Assembly: GCA_000830295.1 (NCBI GenBank)
Contig: CP010425.1
Location: 352,001-416,000, forward strand
Direction of reading: 5' to 3'
DNA length: 64,000 nt
Source of the DNA: an archaeon GW2011_AR15
GTDB taxonomy: Archaea > Nanobdellota > Nanobdellia > Woesearchaeales > GW2011-AR15
In this document: positions 19,045 through 28,331 of the stretch, one piece after another
How positions within the stretch are numbered: position 1 is the first letter of the stretch
How the letters are laid out: each line of letters starts with the position of its first letter
Translations under genes and position numbers: made by a program
Notes under the pieces: generated by a model
The model's database searches: none
What the model was told of the DNA's origin: nothing
What the model saw: the letters and a program-made list of their open reading frames with translations, nothing else

Positions 19045-19878
19045 TCACAGTTTTTCAGCAGTAACTCCGTTGAACACCCTCTGCATGTTCCTGAAGCCTG
19101 CCTTCTCAAGCCTTTTTATTATGCCCGCCCGTATGTCCATGCCTCTTTTCTTGCTGCCCGGATCTCCTGTGTAATGGTATAGTTTCCCTCCGGGTTTCAT
19201 TACCCTGTAAAGCTGGTTGTAGAACTCCTGGGAATAAAGCAGCGTGGACAGTGCAAGCCTTGGCGGGTCATGTATCACCCTGTCAAAAAAAGCATTCGGG
19301 AATTTCTTTATCTCCGCAAACGCATCCCCTATTATCATTTTTATTTTCTTATTGTCAAACAGTTCCTTTGACCACGGGTTGATTTTCTGCAGCTCAGCCA
19401 CGTTCGGGTCTATCTCTATGGTATAGACTATTTCTGCTGTCTCTGCTGCCTTTATTGCCGTATAGCCGAGGCCGCAGCATGTGTCAAGCACTGTCCCGGT
19501 GCATGGCGCAACAAAATTAATTTTCTGCTTCGTGTCTTCCAGGGGTGAAAATTTTTTGGTGACGTGCATCCTTATTCCTGATATCTCTATTGTCGGCGGA
19601 GTCCTGTACCCTGTCGGGACGAGCTTGTAGTATCTCTGCAGCTCTTCTGAGAATATTGCGACCTGAATTATCGAGCTGTTCTCAACCAGAAAGCACATAG
19701 TGTCTTTTTTTATTATTTTTTTTATATCCGCAATGCCAAGCTTCTGGCCGTCGGGAAATATGAAGTACTCTCCTTCCCTTCTTATTTCTGATTCTGTCAG
19801 GCCGAGGTCAAGCGATGCCGTGGCCTTGTCTCCCGCCGGGAGGAATTTCCTGGCCTGGTATGCTGAAAGAAGTATCAT
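19045..19878 (-). CDS. Archaeal class I SAM-dependent methyltransferase (COG2521-like)
   Basis: PTIEISGIRMH, VLDTCCGLGYTA, IIGDA, IHDPPR and HYTG.PG motifs; real start MILLS follows the rps2 stop. Confidence 0.85.
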   Translation of the reverse strand: MILLSAYQARKFLPAGDKATASLDLGLTESEIRREGEYFIFPDGQKLGIADIKKIIKKDTMCFLVENSSIIQVAIFSEELQRYYKLVPTGYRTPPTIEISGIRMHVTKKFSPLEDTKQKINFVAPCTGTVLDTCCGLGYTAIKAAETAEIVYTIEIDPNVAELQKINPWSKELFDNKKIKMIIGDAFAEIKKFPNAFFDRVIHDPPRLALSTLLYSQEFYNQLYRVMKPGGKLYHYTGDPGSKKRGMDIRAGIIKRLEKAGFRNMQRVFNGVTAEKL

Positions 19879-19909
19879 AAGGAAAAAGAAAATAGCGGAA
19901 AATAAAAAC

Positions 19910-20503
19910 TTATTCAGACGTGAAGTCCTCAATTGTGTACTTGAAGTCCTTCTCCTTGAATTCGCCTCTCTGCTTGAGGTATTCCCTTGTAACAATGTAG
20001 AACAGCAGCCCCAGGCTCTTCTTTCCTTTGTTGTTGCATGGGACAACGAGGTCAATGTTGTTTGCCTGGTTGTTTGTATCGCAGAGTGCAATTACGGGTA
20101 TGCCTACCTTCATTGCATCCAGCACAGCGTTCCTGTCGGGCCATGCGTCTGTGACCACAAGTATCTTTGGCTCAGTGTAGTTCTTCAGCTTTGGGTTTGT
20201 CATTATTCCCGGCGGATACCTGCCGGCAAAGAATTTTGCACCTGTTATCTTCCCGAAAATCTTTACAGGAAGCCAGCCGTTCTCTCTTCTTGACACAATA
20301 AGTATGTCTTCAGGAGCATATCTGGCAAGCATGTTTGCCATCATCCTTATTCTTTCATCTATCTTCTGGACATTCAGCACTGATAGTCCGTCCGGCCTTG
20401 TTTTGTAGATGAAGTTTTCCATAAACCTTGTCTTGAATTTTGTTCCTATGTGTATACCTGCCTTAAGGTAAGTGTCGTTGTCAACAAGCAATTCTTCAGT
20501 CAT
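19910..20503 (-). CDS. rps2: 30S ribosomal protein uS2 (archaeal)
   Basis: YLKAGIHIGTK, GRYPPG.MTNP, IPVIALCDTNN and PCNNKG motifs; AGGAGG SD. Confidence 0.97.
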   Translation of the reverse strand: MTEELLVDNDTYLKAGIHIGTKFKTRFMENFIYKTRPDGLSVLNVQKIDERIRMMANMLARYAPEDILIVSRRENGWLPVKIFGKITGAKFFAGRYPPGIMTNPKLKNYTEPKILVVTDAWPDRNAVLDAMKVGIPVIALCDTNNQANNIDLVVPCNNKGKKSLGLLFYIVTREYLKQRGEFKEKDFKYTIEDFTSE

Positions 20504-20610
20504 CTTAATTTCCTCCTATGCAACAGTAAAGAAACAATCTTTACTGCATCTTTATCGCCTCAGCAGTGTGTTAAAGGTCCTTTCGCTTTCCCTTTAACGT
20601 CGGCAATATA
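20504..20610 (-). promoter_or_regulatory. Structured ~105-nt 5' leader of rps2 (candidate ribosomal leader RNA)
   Basis: TATA at 20630-20638; stems UAUUGCC/GGCGAUA enclosing GUUAAAGG/CCUUUAAC, then GCAGUAAAGA/UCUUUACUGU just before the SD. Confidence 0.6.
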
Positions 20611-20638
20611 TTACTGGATAAAGAAGCCATTTATAAAA

Positions 20639-22309
20639 TTATCTCCCTCTTCTCTTTTTCCTGCTCATGACGAGCACAGCAAACGACGCTCCTGCGACAG
20701 CTCCTAGGCCAAAGAGGAGGAGATACCTGTAGTTTATTATGGGGAATCTGAATCCCTTCTCCTCAAAATATATATCAAGGCTCCCGAGCTCAAGGGCATA
20801 TTCAAGATAGAGCAGTGCAGAGCCTTTGTCTGTTTCTCTCAGGGAACCCCCGTATTCATAATAGCTGTAGGCTGCTATGGGAAACATGCCCCTGGCTGTC
20901 TGCTTTGCTATGAGCGACTTCACTATGCTGAGCCTGTCCTCTATTATTTTTTCATCATATTCAGGGTCGACTGACATTGTATTAAGTATGACGTCAACCC
21001 TTGCTTTTGCTATGCTGGCCTCATAGAGGCAGATTTCAGGGTTCCCGTTGTTATATTCCGTGTTTGACCTCACAATCGCTTCCCTTGCCTCATTGCCTCC
21101 TTCCGGAAGGTAGAGCTCAAGATACTGTATTCTCTCCTCAACCTCGGATATTTTCTCAAGGCAGGATTCATTGAGTGCTTCTTTGTCAATATTGAATTCT
21201 GTCCCGAAGGTGTTGAAGAAGCCTGACCACGACCTTGCTGTGTTCAGCCTCTCTGTTGCGTATGCAATGCTGTATATTGTCGAATTGTCAAATTCTCCCC
21301 TGCTGATTCTCCTGGATACGTCGCTGAGGCCTGCCTCTGCCTCTGAAATCCTGGAGGAGACTATCATATAAGTCTCAAGGTCCGTAAGCGTATCTATAGG
21401 GTTATTCTCTATGTTTGCCCTGAAAAGTATTGCATCTGCCTTTATCTGATCTATTTTTTCCCTTGCTTCCCTTACTGTCAGGTTCTGCCTCATAAACTCC
21501 TCATACTTCAGGTTGACATTTGCAACAAAGCAATAGCTGGCTGCGCTGTAGTATCTCCCGCTTTCCTGCGCAGCTCTTGCAAGGCTGTAATATTCCTCCT
21601 CGACACCCAAGCTGAGAAGAAGCTTCTCTGCCTGGCTGCATATGTCGTCTGAGAGGCGCTGCATGACTTCAACATATTCCTGGCTAAGCTCTATATCTGC
21701 TTCTGTCGCATATTCTTTTCCTGTTATCTCTTTTACCGCATCGCTGAGGTGCGAGATCTCTATTATCTCAACAGTATTGTTTCCTGTCCCGTTTGTCAGG
21801 TTGAGCTGCATGTATTTCGGGATAAGGACTTTTGCTATGCCGTTTTTTGCTGCCGCATCCAGTTTCGTTGTTATGCCGCCCACCTGCCCTATTATACCTC
21901 CTGAATTTATCGTCCCTGTTATTGATACGCTCTGGTCTATTGCCAGGCCTTCAAGGACGGCAACTGTAAGCACTGCTGCCCCTGCCCCTGCGCTCGGGCC
22001 GCCTACAAGCCCGCTCGTCGACCTTATCCTGTAGAAAAAATCATACCTGCTGCAGTCCCTCTCAAGGAAATTGCAGGCAACCTCTTTTGCAAATCTTGTG
22101 GATATCTGCGTGTCAAGTCTTGAGAGCGGCAGGGAGTCTATGAATACCCTTCCTGTGCCTTCCTTTATCTCCAGCTCCATGTCAGCGACGCTGCCTATGA
22201 GCTCTTCTCCTGTATTTGTCACGGCAAGCAGCTTTATGCTGCCTGATTTTGCCATGGCTGCGGGCATAAGGATCAGCACCAGCACAATCATGAAATATTT
22301 TTTGAGCAT
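20639..22309 (-). CDS. Secreted, membrane-anchored S16 (Lon-like) serine protease without AAA+ domain
   Basis: Signal peptide; GPSAG catalytic Ser and GQVGGITTK catalytic Lys; helical middle region; C-terminal TM with basic tail. Confidence 0.87.
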   Translation of the reverse strand: MLKKYFMIVLVLILMPAAMAKSGSIKLLAVTNTGEELIGSVADMELEIKEGTGRVFIDSLPLSRLDTQISTRFAKEVACNFLERDCSRYDFFYRIRSTSGLVGGPSAGAGAAVLTVAVLEGLAIDQSVSITGTINSGGIIGQVGGITTKLDAAAKNGIAKVLIPKYMQLNLTNGTGNNTVEIIEISHLSDAVKEITGKEYATEADIELSQEYVEVMQRLSDDICSQAEKLLLSLGVEEEYYSLARAAQESGRYYSAASYCFVANVNLKYEEFMRQNLTVREAREKIDQIKADAILFRANIENNPIDTLTDLETYMIVSSRISEAEAGLSDVSRRISRGEFDNSTIYSIAYATERLNTARSWSGFFNTFGTEFNIDKEALNESCLEKISEVEERIQYLELYLPEGGNEAREAIVRSNTEYNNGNPEICLYEASIAKARVDVILNTMSVDPEYDEKIIEDRLSIVKSLIAKQTARGMFPIAAYSYYEYGGSLRETDKGSALLYLEYALELGSLDIYFEEKGFRFPIINYRYLLLFGLGAVAGASFAVLVMSRKKRRGR

Positions 22310-22405
22310 CCTGTCTGGGAATTCAGGAGGGTATATAAGTTTTTTTTAAATTCTGACCACAATCTTTTAATAGGACTGTAATATATTCTATGCTGGGTGA
22401 TATGA

Positions 22406-23050
22406 ATGGAATTTTTCGTTGATACTGCAGATGTTGACATGATTAAGAAGCTTAATGATATGGGTCTTGTGGACGGGGTTACAACAAATCCCACGCTGAT
22501 TATGAAAGCCGGGAAAGGGCACAAGGAAACCATCCAGAAGATAAGCTCCATTGTGAAAGGCCCGATAAGCGTTGAGACGCTTAGCACTGATGCAGAGGGC
22601 ATGGTGAAAGAGGCCCTTGAGTATGTAACCTGGGGTAAAAACATTGTTGTAAAAATTGTGATGACTCCTGAAGGCATGAAGGCTGTAAAGATACTCTCAA
22701 AAAAAGGCATAAAGACAAATGTGACTGTTACTTTCTCCCCGCTGCAGGCCCTGATAGCTGCAAAGGCAGGCGCAACTTATGTGAGCCCTTTTGTAGGAAG
22801 ACTGGATGATGTCGGCCACTTCGGCATGGATACTGTTGCGCAGATAAAGGAGATATATGAAAACTACGGCTACCAGACAAAAATACTTGCGGCAAGCCTG
22901 AGGCACCCAACGCATGTCCTTGAAGCTGCTCTTATGGGAGTAGATGTTGCAACAATCCCTCCTGATGTGATGCTGAAGCTGTTCAATCATCCGCTGACAG
23001 ATGCAGGGATAAAAAGCTTCCTTGATGACTCAAAGAAGTGGAAGAAATAG
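22406..23050 (+). CDS. tal: Transaldolase / fructose-6-phosphate aldolase (short type)
   Basis: [18 protein letters not shown] (Schiff-base Lys), [16 protein letters not shown] and HPLTDAG motifs. Confidence 0.92.
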   Translation: MEFFVDTADVDMIKKLNDMGLVDGVTTNPTLIMKAGKGHKETIQKISSIVKGPISVETLSTDAEGMVKEALEYVTWGKNIVVKIVMTPEGMKAVKILSKKGIKTNVTVTFSPLQALIAAKAGATYVSPFVGRLDDVGHFGMDTVAQIKEIYENYGYQTKILAASLRHPTHVLEAALMGVDVATIPPDVMLKLFNHPLTDAGIKSFLDDSKKWKK

Positions 23051-23105
23051 GCCTTCCGATATCTTTATATATTTACAGGAAAACAAGAGGAACAGGTGAT
23101 AGCAA

Positions 23106-23525
23106 ATGACACTTTTGGGATTCCACTTTAAGAAAATGTCTGTCGAAAAAAACAAGAATGCGACAGGCAGCATTAACATAAAAAACAACATGACTGTTAC
23201 AAAAGTCAGGGAAGCAAAGCTGAACCTTGGCAAGGACAGGCAGACTGGCATCGAGTTCTCATTCACATTCCATGTCGGCTATGAGCCGGGAATTGCCTCA
23301 ATCGACCTTGAGGGCGGTGTGCTCTATGTATCCAACACAAAGCAGGCAGAGGAAATCCTGAAAAACTGGGAAAAGAAAAAGCAGCTTCCTGAAGACCTCA
23401 TGAAAGAGGTATCACTTCATGTAGTGTCAAAGTGCAACGTGCAGGCAATTGTGCTTGCAAAAGAGATGCAGCTTCCGCCTCACATCGCTATGGTTAAGAT
23501 AAGCGATGAGAAAAAGAAGAAATAA
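23106..23525 (+). CDS. Conserved archaeal hypothetical protein (SecB-like beta fold possible)
   Basis: AGGTGA SD; beta-rich N-half (EFSFTF.V.YEP..ASIDLEG) and LPPHI C-terminus. Confidence 0.6.
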   Translation: MTLLGFHFKKMSVEKNKNATGSINIKNNMTVTKVREAKLNLGKDRQTGIEFSFTFHVGYEPGIASIDLEGGVLYVSNTKQAEEILKNWEKKKQLPEDLMKEVSLHVVSKCNVQAIVLAKEMQLPPHIAMVKISDEKKKK

Positions 23526-23541
23526 AAATTAATTTCCTAAT

Positions 23542-24108
23542 TTATTTTTTGCCCATTCTTTCTGACAGTGCGTAGAAATTAGCAGCTGCTATCCCTGCCG
23601 GCACAAGAGGGTTTGGCGGCACTCCGTATGCCTGCATGATTGTGCTGTCTAAATTTGCGCTTGTGCCTGGTCCGAGTGTTGAGTCCAGGGCAGTTCTCAT
23701 GATTCCTCCTGTCAGAGGCGTGTAGTATAATGCGGCAAGTGCATTGCCTGCTACAATCACTGCCTGAAGGGCTGTGGTAGCATATTCAAGAATCTGTGCG
23801 CCTTTCTTTGGCTGGCCTGATGCTGCGTCCCTGCTGCGGAGAGAGTCTGACATAAGCTCCATAACATATGGCAGGGCTGTCTGCGCAAGAACAACAGGGT
23901 TTCCCCAGTTTGGCTCCTGGCCTTCAATCCCGACATAGCTGGCATTATGGCCATATGCTGCATTTGCATATGCTGCCAGGTAAGCCAGCGGCTCGGTAAA
24001 AAACCTTGTTACCGGAGATCTTATGCTCTCTCTGGCTCTGCTTGTAAATCCTCTTATTTTATCTTCCAGAAAGCCTTTTTTCTGGGGTGCGATTGGTGTG
24101 TTGTTCAT
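23542..24108 (-). CDS. Hypothetical Ala/Gly-rich membrane-associated protein
   Basis: GAGGT SD before MNNTP; hydrophobic helices. Confidence 0.55.
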   Translation of the reverse strand: MNNTPIAPQKKGFLEDKIRGFTSRARESIRSPVTRFFTEPLAYLAAYANAAYGHNASYVGIEGQEPNWGNPVVLAQTALPYVMELMSDSLRSRDAASGQPKKGAQILEYATTALQAVIVAGNALAALYYTPLTGGIMRTALDSTLGPGTSANLDSTIMQAYGVPPNPLVPAGIAAANFYALSERMGKK

Positions 24109-24232
24109 TTTTTCATACCTCTTAAGTGTTATTACTCTGCGGTAACACATTTTATTTATAAATCTTTTGGATTCCCTCGTTTTCGATAGCTTTATTTATC
24201 TTTTCTTATTTTTATGGCATAGGTGGTTTATC

Positions 24233-26512
24233 ATGGTCAATGAACTAAAACTCAAAGTTGCAGAGGCTATCCAAGATGACGTAAACAAGGGAATCGTCAG
24301 GATAGACAGCAGTTTCATGCACGACCTCGACATAAGGCCGGGTGATATTATAGAGATAGCAGGGGAGAGGAAGACTGTTGCAATCGCAGACAGGGCATAT
24401 CCCGGGGATATCGGGCTGAACATAATAAGGATGGACGGGCTGATAAGGAGAAATGCAAAGGCAGGAATAGGGGAGCTTGTATCCATAAAAAAAGCAGGCG
24501 TCATAGAAGCAAAAAAAGTAATAATTGCGCCGCAGAGAAAGGGCATTGTCATAAGGGCCAACCCGATAATATTCAAGCAGGGGCTTCTGGGAAGGGCTGT
24601 CGTGAAAGGAGATATTGTTTCGCTGGGAGGGACAAGGAGGAGAAGGACCACAATGTCCTCAAATCCGCTGTTTGGAGATGATTTCTTTAATATGCTTGAC
24701 GAGGGCCTGATGGGGTTCGGGCTCGGCGACCTGAAGTTTGTCGTCGTATCAACAAACCCGAAGCAGCCTGTGCTCATCACAGAGCAGACAGAGGTTGAGT
24801 TCAACCCTGAGGCCACAGAAGTTTCGGAAGAAAGGGTCCTTGAAGTCACTTATGAGGATATCGGCGGGCTGCAGGACGAGATAAGGAAGGTCAGGGAAAT
24901 GGTAGAGCTGCCATTAAAGCACCCTGAAATATTTGAGGCACTGGGAATAGAGCCGCCAAAGGGTGTTTTGCTGCATGGCCCTCCGGGAACAGGAAAGACT
25001 TTACTGGCCAAGGCTGTCGCAAACGAAACAGACGCTAATTTCAGTCTCATAAACGGGCCTGAAATCATGAGCAAGTACTACGGCCAGAGCGAGGAGAACC
25101 TGAGGAAGAAGTTTGAGGAAGCCGAGAAAAACGCCCCGTCAATTATTTTCATAGACGAGATTGATGCAATAGCAAGCAAGAGGGAAGAGAGCAGGGGAGA
25201 AGTTGAGAGAAGGGTTGTAGCACAGCTGCTTGCGCTTATGGACGGGCTGAACACAAGGGGAAGGGTCATTGTAATAGGAGCGACCAACATCCCGAATGAG
25301 CTTGACCCTGCACTGAGAAGGCCGGGAAGATTTGACAGGGAGATGGAAATCGGAGTCCCTGATAAAGAAGGAAGGCTCAATATCCTGAAGATCCATACCA
25401 GGAACATGCCTCTTGCAAAGAATGTCAACCTGAAAGAATTTGCAGAGATAACGCATGGTTTTGTCGGCGCAGATCTGTCTGCACTGGCAAAAGAGGCTGC
25501 TATGACCCTGCTGAGGAGGATTTATCCTGATTTAAAGCTTGAGGAAGACCAGCCTATTCCGAAAGAAGTCCTTGAGAAGCTCAAGGTTTCCAAGATAGAT
25601 TTTATCGAGGCGCTGAAAGTCGTAAGGCCTTCTGCATTGAGGGAGGTCTTTATTGAAGTCCCTAATGTAAAATGGGAGAATGTCGGCGGGCTGGAGAATG
25701 TAAGACAGGAGATTATCGAGGCTGTTGAATGGCCGCTGAAGCATCCCGATGCTTTCACGAAGATGGGAATAAAGCCGCCCAAGGGAATTCTTTTATACGG
25801 CGCTCCCGGAACTGGTAAAACTTTATTGGCCAAGGCTGTCGCAAATGAGAGCCAGGCAAACTTCATACTTGTAAAAGGCCCTGAGCTTTTGAGCAAATGG
25901 GTTGGCGAGTCAGAAAAAGCTGTAAGGAAAGTTTTCGAGAAGGCAAGGCAGACATCGCCTACAATCATATTCTTTGACGAGATTGATTCCCTTGCACCGA
26001 GAAGGGGAATGGGCTCTGACAACCAGGTTACTGAGAGGGTCGTCAACCAGCTGCTTACAGAGATGGACGGCTTAATCGAGCTGGATAATATTGTGATACT
26101 GGCAGCAACCAACAGGCCGGACATGCTTGATACTGCATTATTGAGGCCGGGAAGGTTTGACAGGATCGTGCTTGTGCCTGCCCCTGACGAAAAATCAAGA
26201 GAGGAGATATTCAAGATACACACAAAAGACATGCCTCTTGATAAGGGAATATCAATCAAGGAGATGGCAAAAGAGACTGAGGGCTATGTCGGAGCGGATA
26301 TTGAATCTGTTGCCAGGGAGGCAGCAATGCTCGCCCTGAGAAAAGACATGGCTGCAAAGAAAGTCACAAAGGAAAATTTCAATGCCGCGCTGAAGAAAGT
26401 CTCTCCGAGCGTGACAAAAGAAGTTGCGGACGCCTACAAGGACCTGCTGAAGCAGTTCAGCTCTGCCCGCGGCAAAGAGATGAAAGAGACCAAGCCGGAG
26501 TATTATGGTTAA
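24233..26512 (+). CDS. cdc48: Cdc48/VCP AAA+ ATPase
   Basis: N-domain plus two AAA modules ([29 protein letters not shown]); C-terminal YYG (HbYX-like). Confidence 0.97.
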   Translation: MVNELKLKVAEAIQDDVNKGIVRIDSSFMHDLDIRPGDIIEIAGERKTVAIADRAYPGDIGLNIIRMDGLIRRNAKAGIGELVSIKKAGVIEAKKVIIAPQRKGIVIRANPIIFKQGLLGRAVVKGDIVSLGGTRRRRTTMSSNPLFGDDFFNMLDEGLMGFGLGDLKFVVVSTNPKQPVLITEQTEVEFNPEATEVSEERVLEVTYEDIGGLQDEIRKVREMVELPLKHPEIFEALGIEPPKGVLLHGPPGTGKTLLAKAVANETDANFSLINGPEIMSKYYGQSEENLRKKFEEAEKNAPSIIFIDEIDAIASKREESRGEVERRVVAQLLALMDGLNTRGRVIVIGATNIPNELDPALRRPGRFDREMEIGVPDKEGRLNILKIHTRNMPLAKNVNLKEFAEITHGFVGADLSALAKEAAMTLLRRIYPDLKLEEDQPIPKEVLEKLKVSKIDFIEALKVVRPSALREVFIEVPNVKWENVGGLENVRQEIIEAVEWPLKHPDAFTKMGIKPPKGILLYGAPGTGKTLLAKAVANESQANFILVKGPELLSKWVGESEKAVRKVFEKARQTSPTIIFFDEIDSLAPRRGMGSDNQVTERVVNQLLTEMDGLIELDNIVILAATNRPDMLDTALLRPGRFDRIVLVPAPDEKSREEIFKIHTKDMPLDKGISIKEMAKETEGYVGADIESVAREAAMLALRKDMAAKKVTKENFNAALKKVSPSVTKEVADAYKDLLKQFSSARGKEMKETKPEYYG

Positions 26513-26531
26513 ATACGTTGTTTGAGTAAAC

Positions 26532-26753
26532 TTAGGTATATTTCAAAGAATCTGGTGTTGGTCTCGGCCCACCGGAATGTAATTTACCTTGATGTTTGCC
26601 TTGACAATTATGATTGTAAACATTAAAGTGAGATTCACAGAAAGTCCCACCGCAATAAATACACATATTATTTCTTGATGGCTTCAACTTGGATTTACAT
26701 AATAAACAAGAATCTCTTAATTTATAGGTTTTATATTTTGGAGTTTTTTTCAT
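26532..26753 (-). CDS. Small AN1-type zinc-finger protein
   Basis: CLLC...CIYCGGTFCESH....HNC, the AN1 C/H pattern. Confidence 0.72.
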   Translation of the reverse strand: MKKTPKYKTYKLRDSCLLCKSKLKPSRNNMCIYCGGTFCESHFNVYNHNCQGKHQGKLHSGGPRPTPDSLKYT

Positions 26754-26777
26754 AATTCTTCGGAGTTGTTTATCAAT

Positions 26778-27659
26778 CTATTTCTCAACTTCATGCCCCC
26801 CAAATTCCTTCCTCACTGCGGCAATTGTCCTTTTTCCTAATGCAAACTTCCTGCTCTTGTCTTTCCTTATCTTCACAGCAGCATCAAATGCAGGAGCATA
26901 TCCCTTGACTGCGTTTTTCGTCCTGATGAGCTCATCTATTGTAACGCTTCCGATTGCAGGCTTTATCTTGCCAAAATCTTTCCTTGAAACTGCCTTCACT
27001 GTCAGGTCAAGCAGCCAGCTGTTTATCACAGAAGCAGGCTGCCACACAGAAACCGCTTTTTTTATGTCGATATTAAAATCATCCAGCAGCTCAACTCCCT
27101 CTGCCAATCCTTCTAAATAAACATATTCGATTATGTTATGCACACTCTTGACATAATGTCCGCTTCCGGCCGGCCCGAAATATCCGTAGCCGTTTTTAGG
27201 AGAAAGCGCTTTGCAGAAAGGCTCTATGTGCCTAAACTCTGATTTAGGCCCACCAATCATTAAAGTATATCCGTTCTGAAGCCCCCATACCCCTCCTGAA
27301 ACCCCGCAGTCAAAGAAATGAACTCCCTTTTTCCTGCACCACTTGTCGTGCTTCTCTGCATTCCCGTAGAAATCATTTGCACCATCTACAATAATGTCCC
27401 CTTTCTTCAGAAGGGGAAGAAGCTGCCTTATCATGCCATCAGTTACCCTGCCTGCGGGAAGCATCAGCCATATTATCTTTCTTGAAGAAAGCTTCCCAAC
27501 AAATTCATTTAAGTTATAGGCAGGTATTGCGCCTTTTCCTGCAATGCTTTTAGTTTTTGAGGCTGTCCTGTTCCAGACAACAACTTCTTTTCTATGGAGG
27601 AGAAGCCTCTCGACCATGCCATGCCCCATCCTTCCCAGGCCGATGAATCCTATTCTCAT
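26778..27659 (-). CDS. gnd: 6-phosphogluconate dehydrogenase (short, decarboxylating type)
   Basis: IGLGRMG, WLMLPAG, DCGVSGG, GHYVKSVHN.IEY and RKEFGGH motifs. Confidence 0.93.
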   Translation of the reverse strand: MRIGFIGLGRMGHGMVERLLLHRKEVVVWNRTASKTKSIAGKGAIPAYNLNEFVGKLSSRKIIWLMLPAGRVTDGMIRQLLPLLKKGDIIVDGANDFYGNAEKHDKWCRKKGVHFFDCGVSGGVWGLQNGYTLMIGGPKSEFRHIEPFCKALSPKNGYGYFGPAGSGHYVKSVHNIIEYVYLEGLAEGVELLDDFNIDIKKAVSVWQPASVINSWLLDLTVKAVSRKDFGKIKPAIGSVTIDELIRTKNAVKGYAPAFDAAVKIRKDKSRKFALGKRTIAAVRKEFGGHEVEK

Positions 27660-28330
27660 TTTAGATCAGTAACCACTACCACTTTTCTTATCCTCTGCAC
27701 AAGTTTTGCAGGGCAATCATCTGTTGATACCTTCGGATTATTAAATTTTTCATATGCCTCCCTTTTCCCCTCGCCAAAAAACAATACAACTGCCATCCTC
27801 GACCTTTCCAGTAGTTTCCTGCTGGAAGTCATCCTGTCCTTCGGGGGCTTGGGAGATTCGTGGGTTATAAGGAAATAATCTGAATTGTCTTTTACTGTCA
27901 GATTCGGAAACAATGCGCCGACATGCCCGTCCTCCCCTGCACCTAAAACTATGATGTCATAATTTTCTTTTATCATCCTCAGGTTTATTTCATATTCCCT
28001 TATGCCGTAGTCCGGCATGTCCTCGTCCATTATGAAAGGATGGATGTTCTGCGGAAGCAGTCCCCCTTCATCAACAAGCCATGAAAGCAGTCCCCTGTCA
28101 ACCAGCCTGAAATTGCTCTCTTCATCATCAACAGGAACAAGCTTCTCATCAATCATGAATATGTGGACCCTGTTCCAGGGTATGTTCACTTCTTTCAGTG
28201 CCGGGAACAGCTTGGTTATGCTCCTCCCTCCCGGAAATGCCATTGTAACATTGTCATGGCTCTCAAGCAGGAAATTTATCTCTTTTGCAATCATCTCTGC
28301 AGCTTCGTTAGCATTGTCTGTCGTGTGCAT
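27656..28330 (-). CDS. pgl: 6-phosphogluconolactonase
   Basis: PGGRS, DEKLVP...SN, LGAGEDGHVGALFP, SPKPP..RMT and G.GK motifs. Confidence 0.92.
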   Translation of the reverse strand: MHTTDNANEAAEMIAKEINFLLESHDNVTMAFPGGRSITKLFPALKEVNIPWNRVHIFMIDEKLVPVDDEESNFRLVDRGLLSWLVDEGGLLPQNIHPFIMDEDMPDYGIREYEINLRMIKENYDIIVLGAGEDGHVGALFPNLTVKDNSDYFLITHESPKPPKDRMTSSRKLLERSRMAVVLFFGEGKREAYEKFNNPKVSTDDCPAKLVQRIRKVVVVTDLK

Positions 28331-28331
28331 T

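Noticed and set aside
19879-20091. N-terminal extension of the methyltransferase overlapping rps2
   Set aside because: Alternative frame inside rps2; a plausible ATG at 19878 follows the rps2 stop.
24990-25850. Near-identical repeat (TGGCCAAGGCTGTCGCAAA) within cdc48
   Set aside because: Explained by the duplicated AAA domains ([11 protein letters not shown]).
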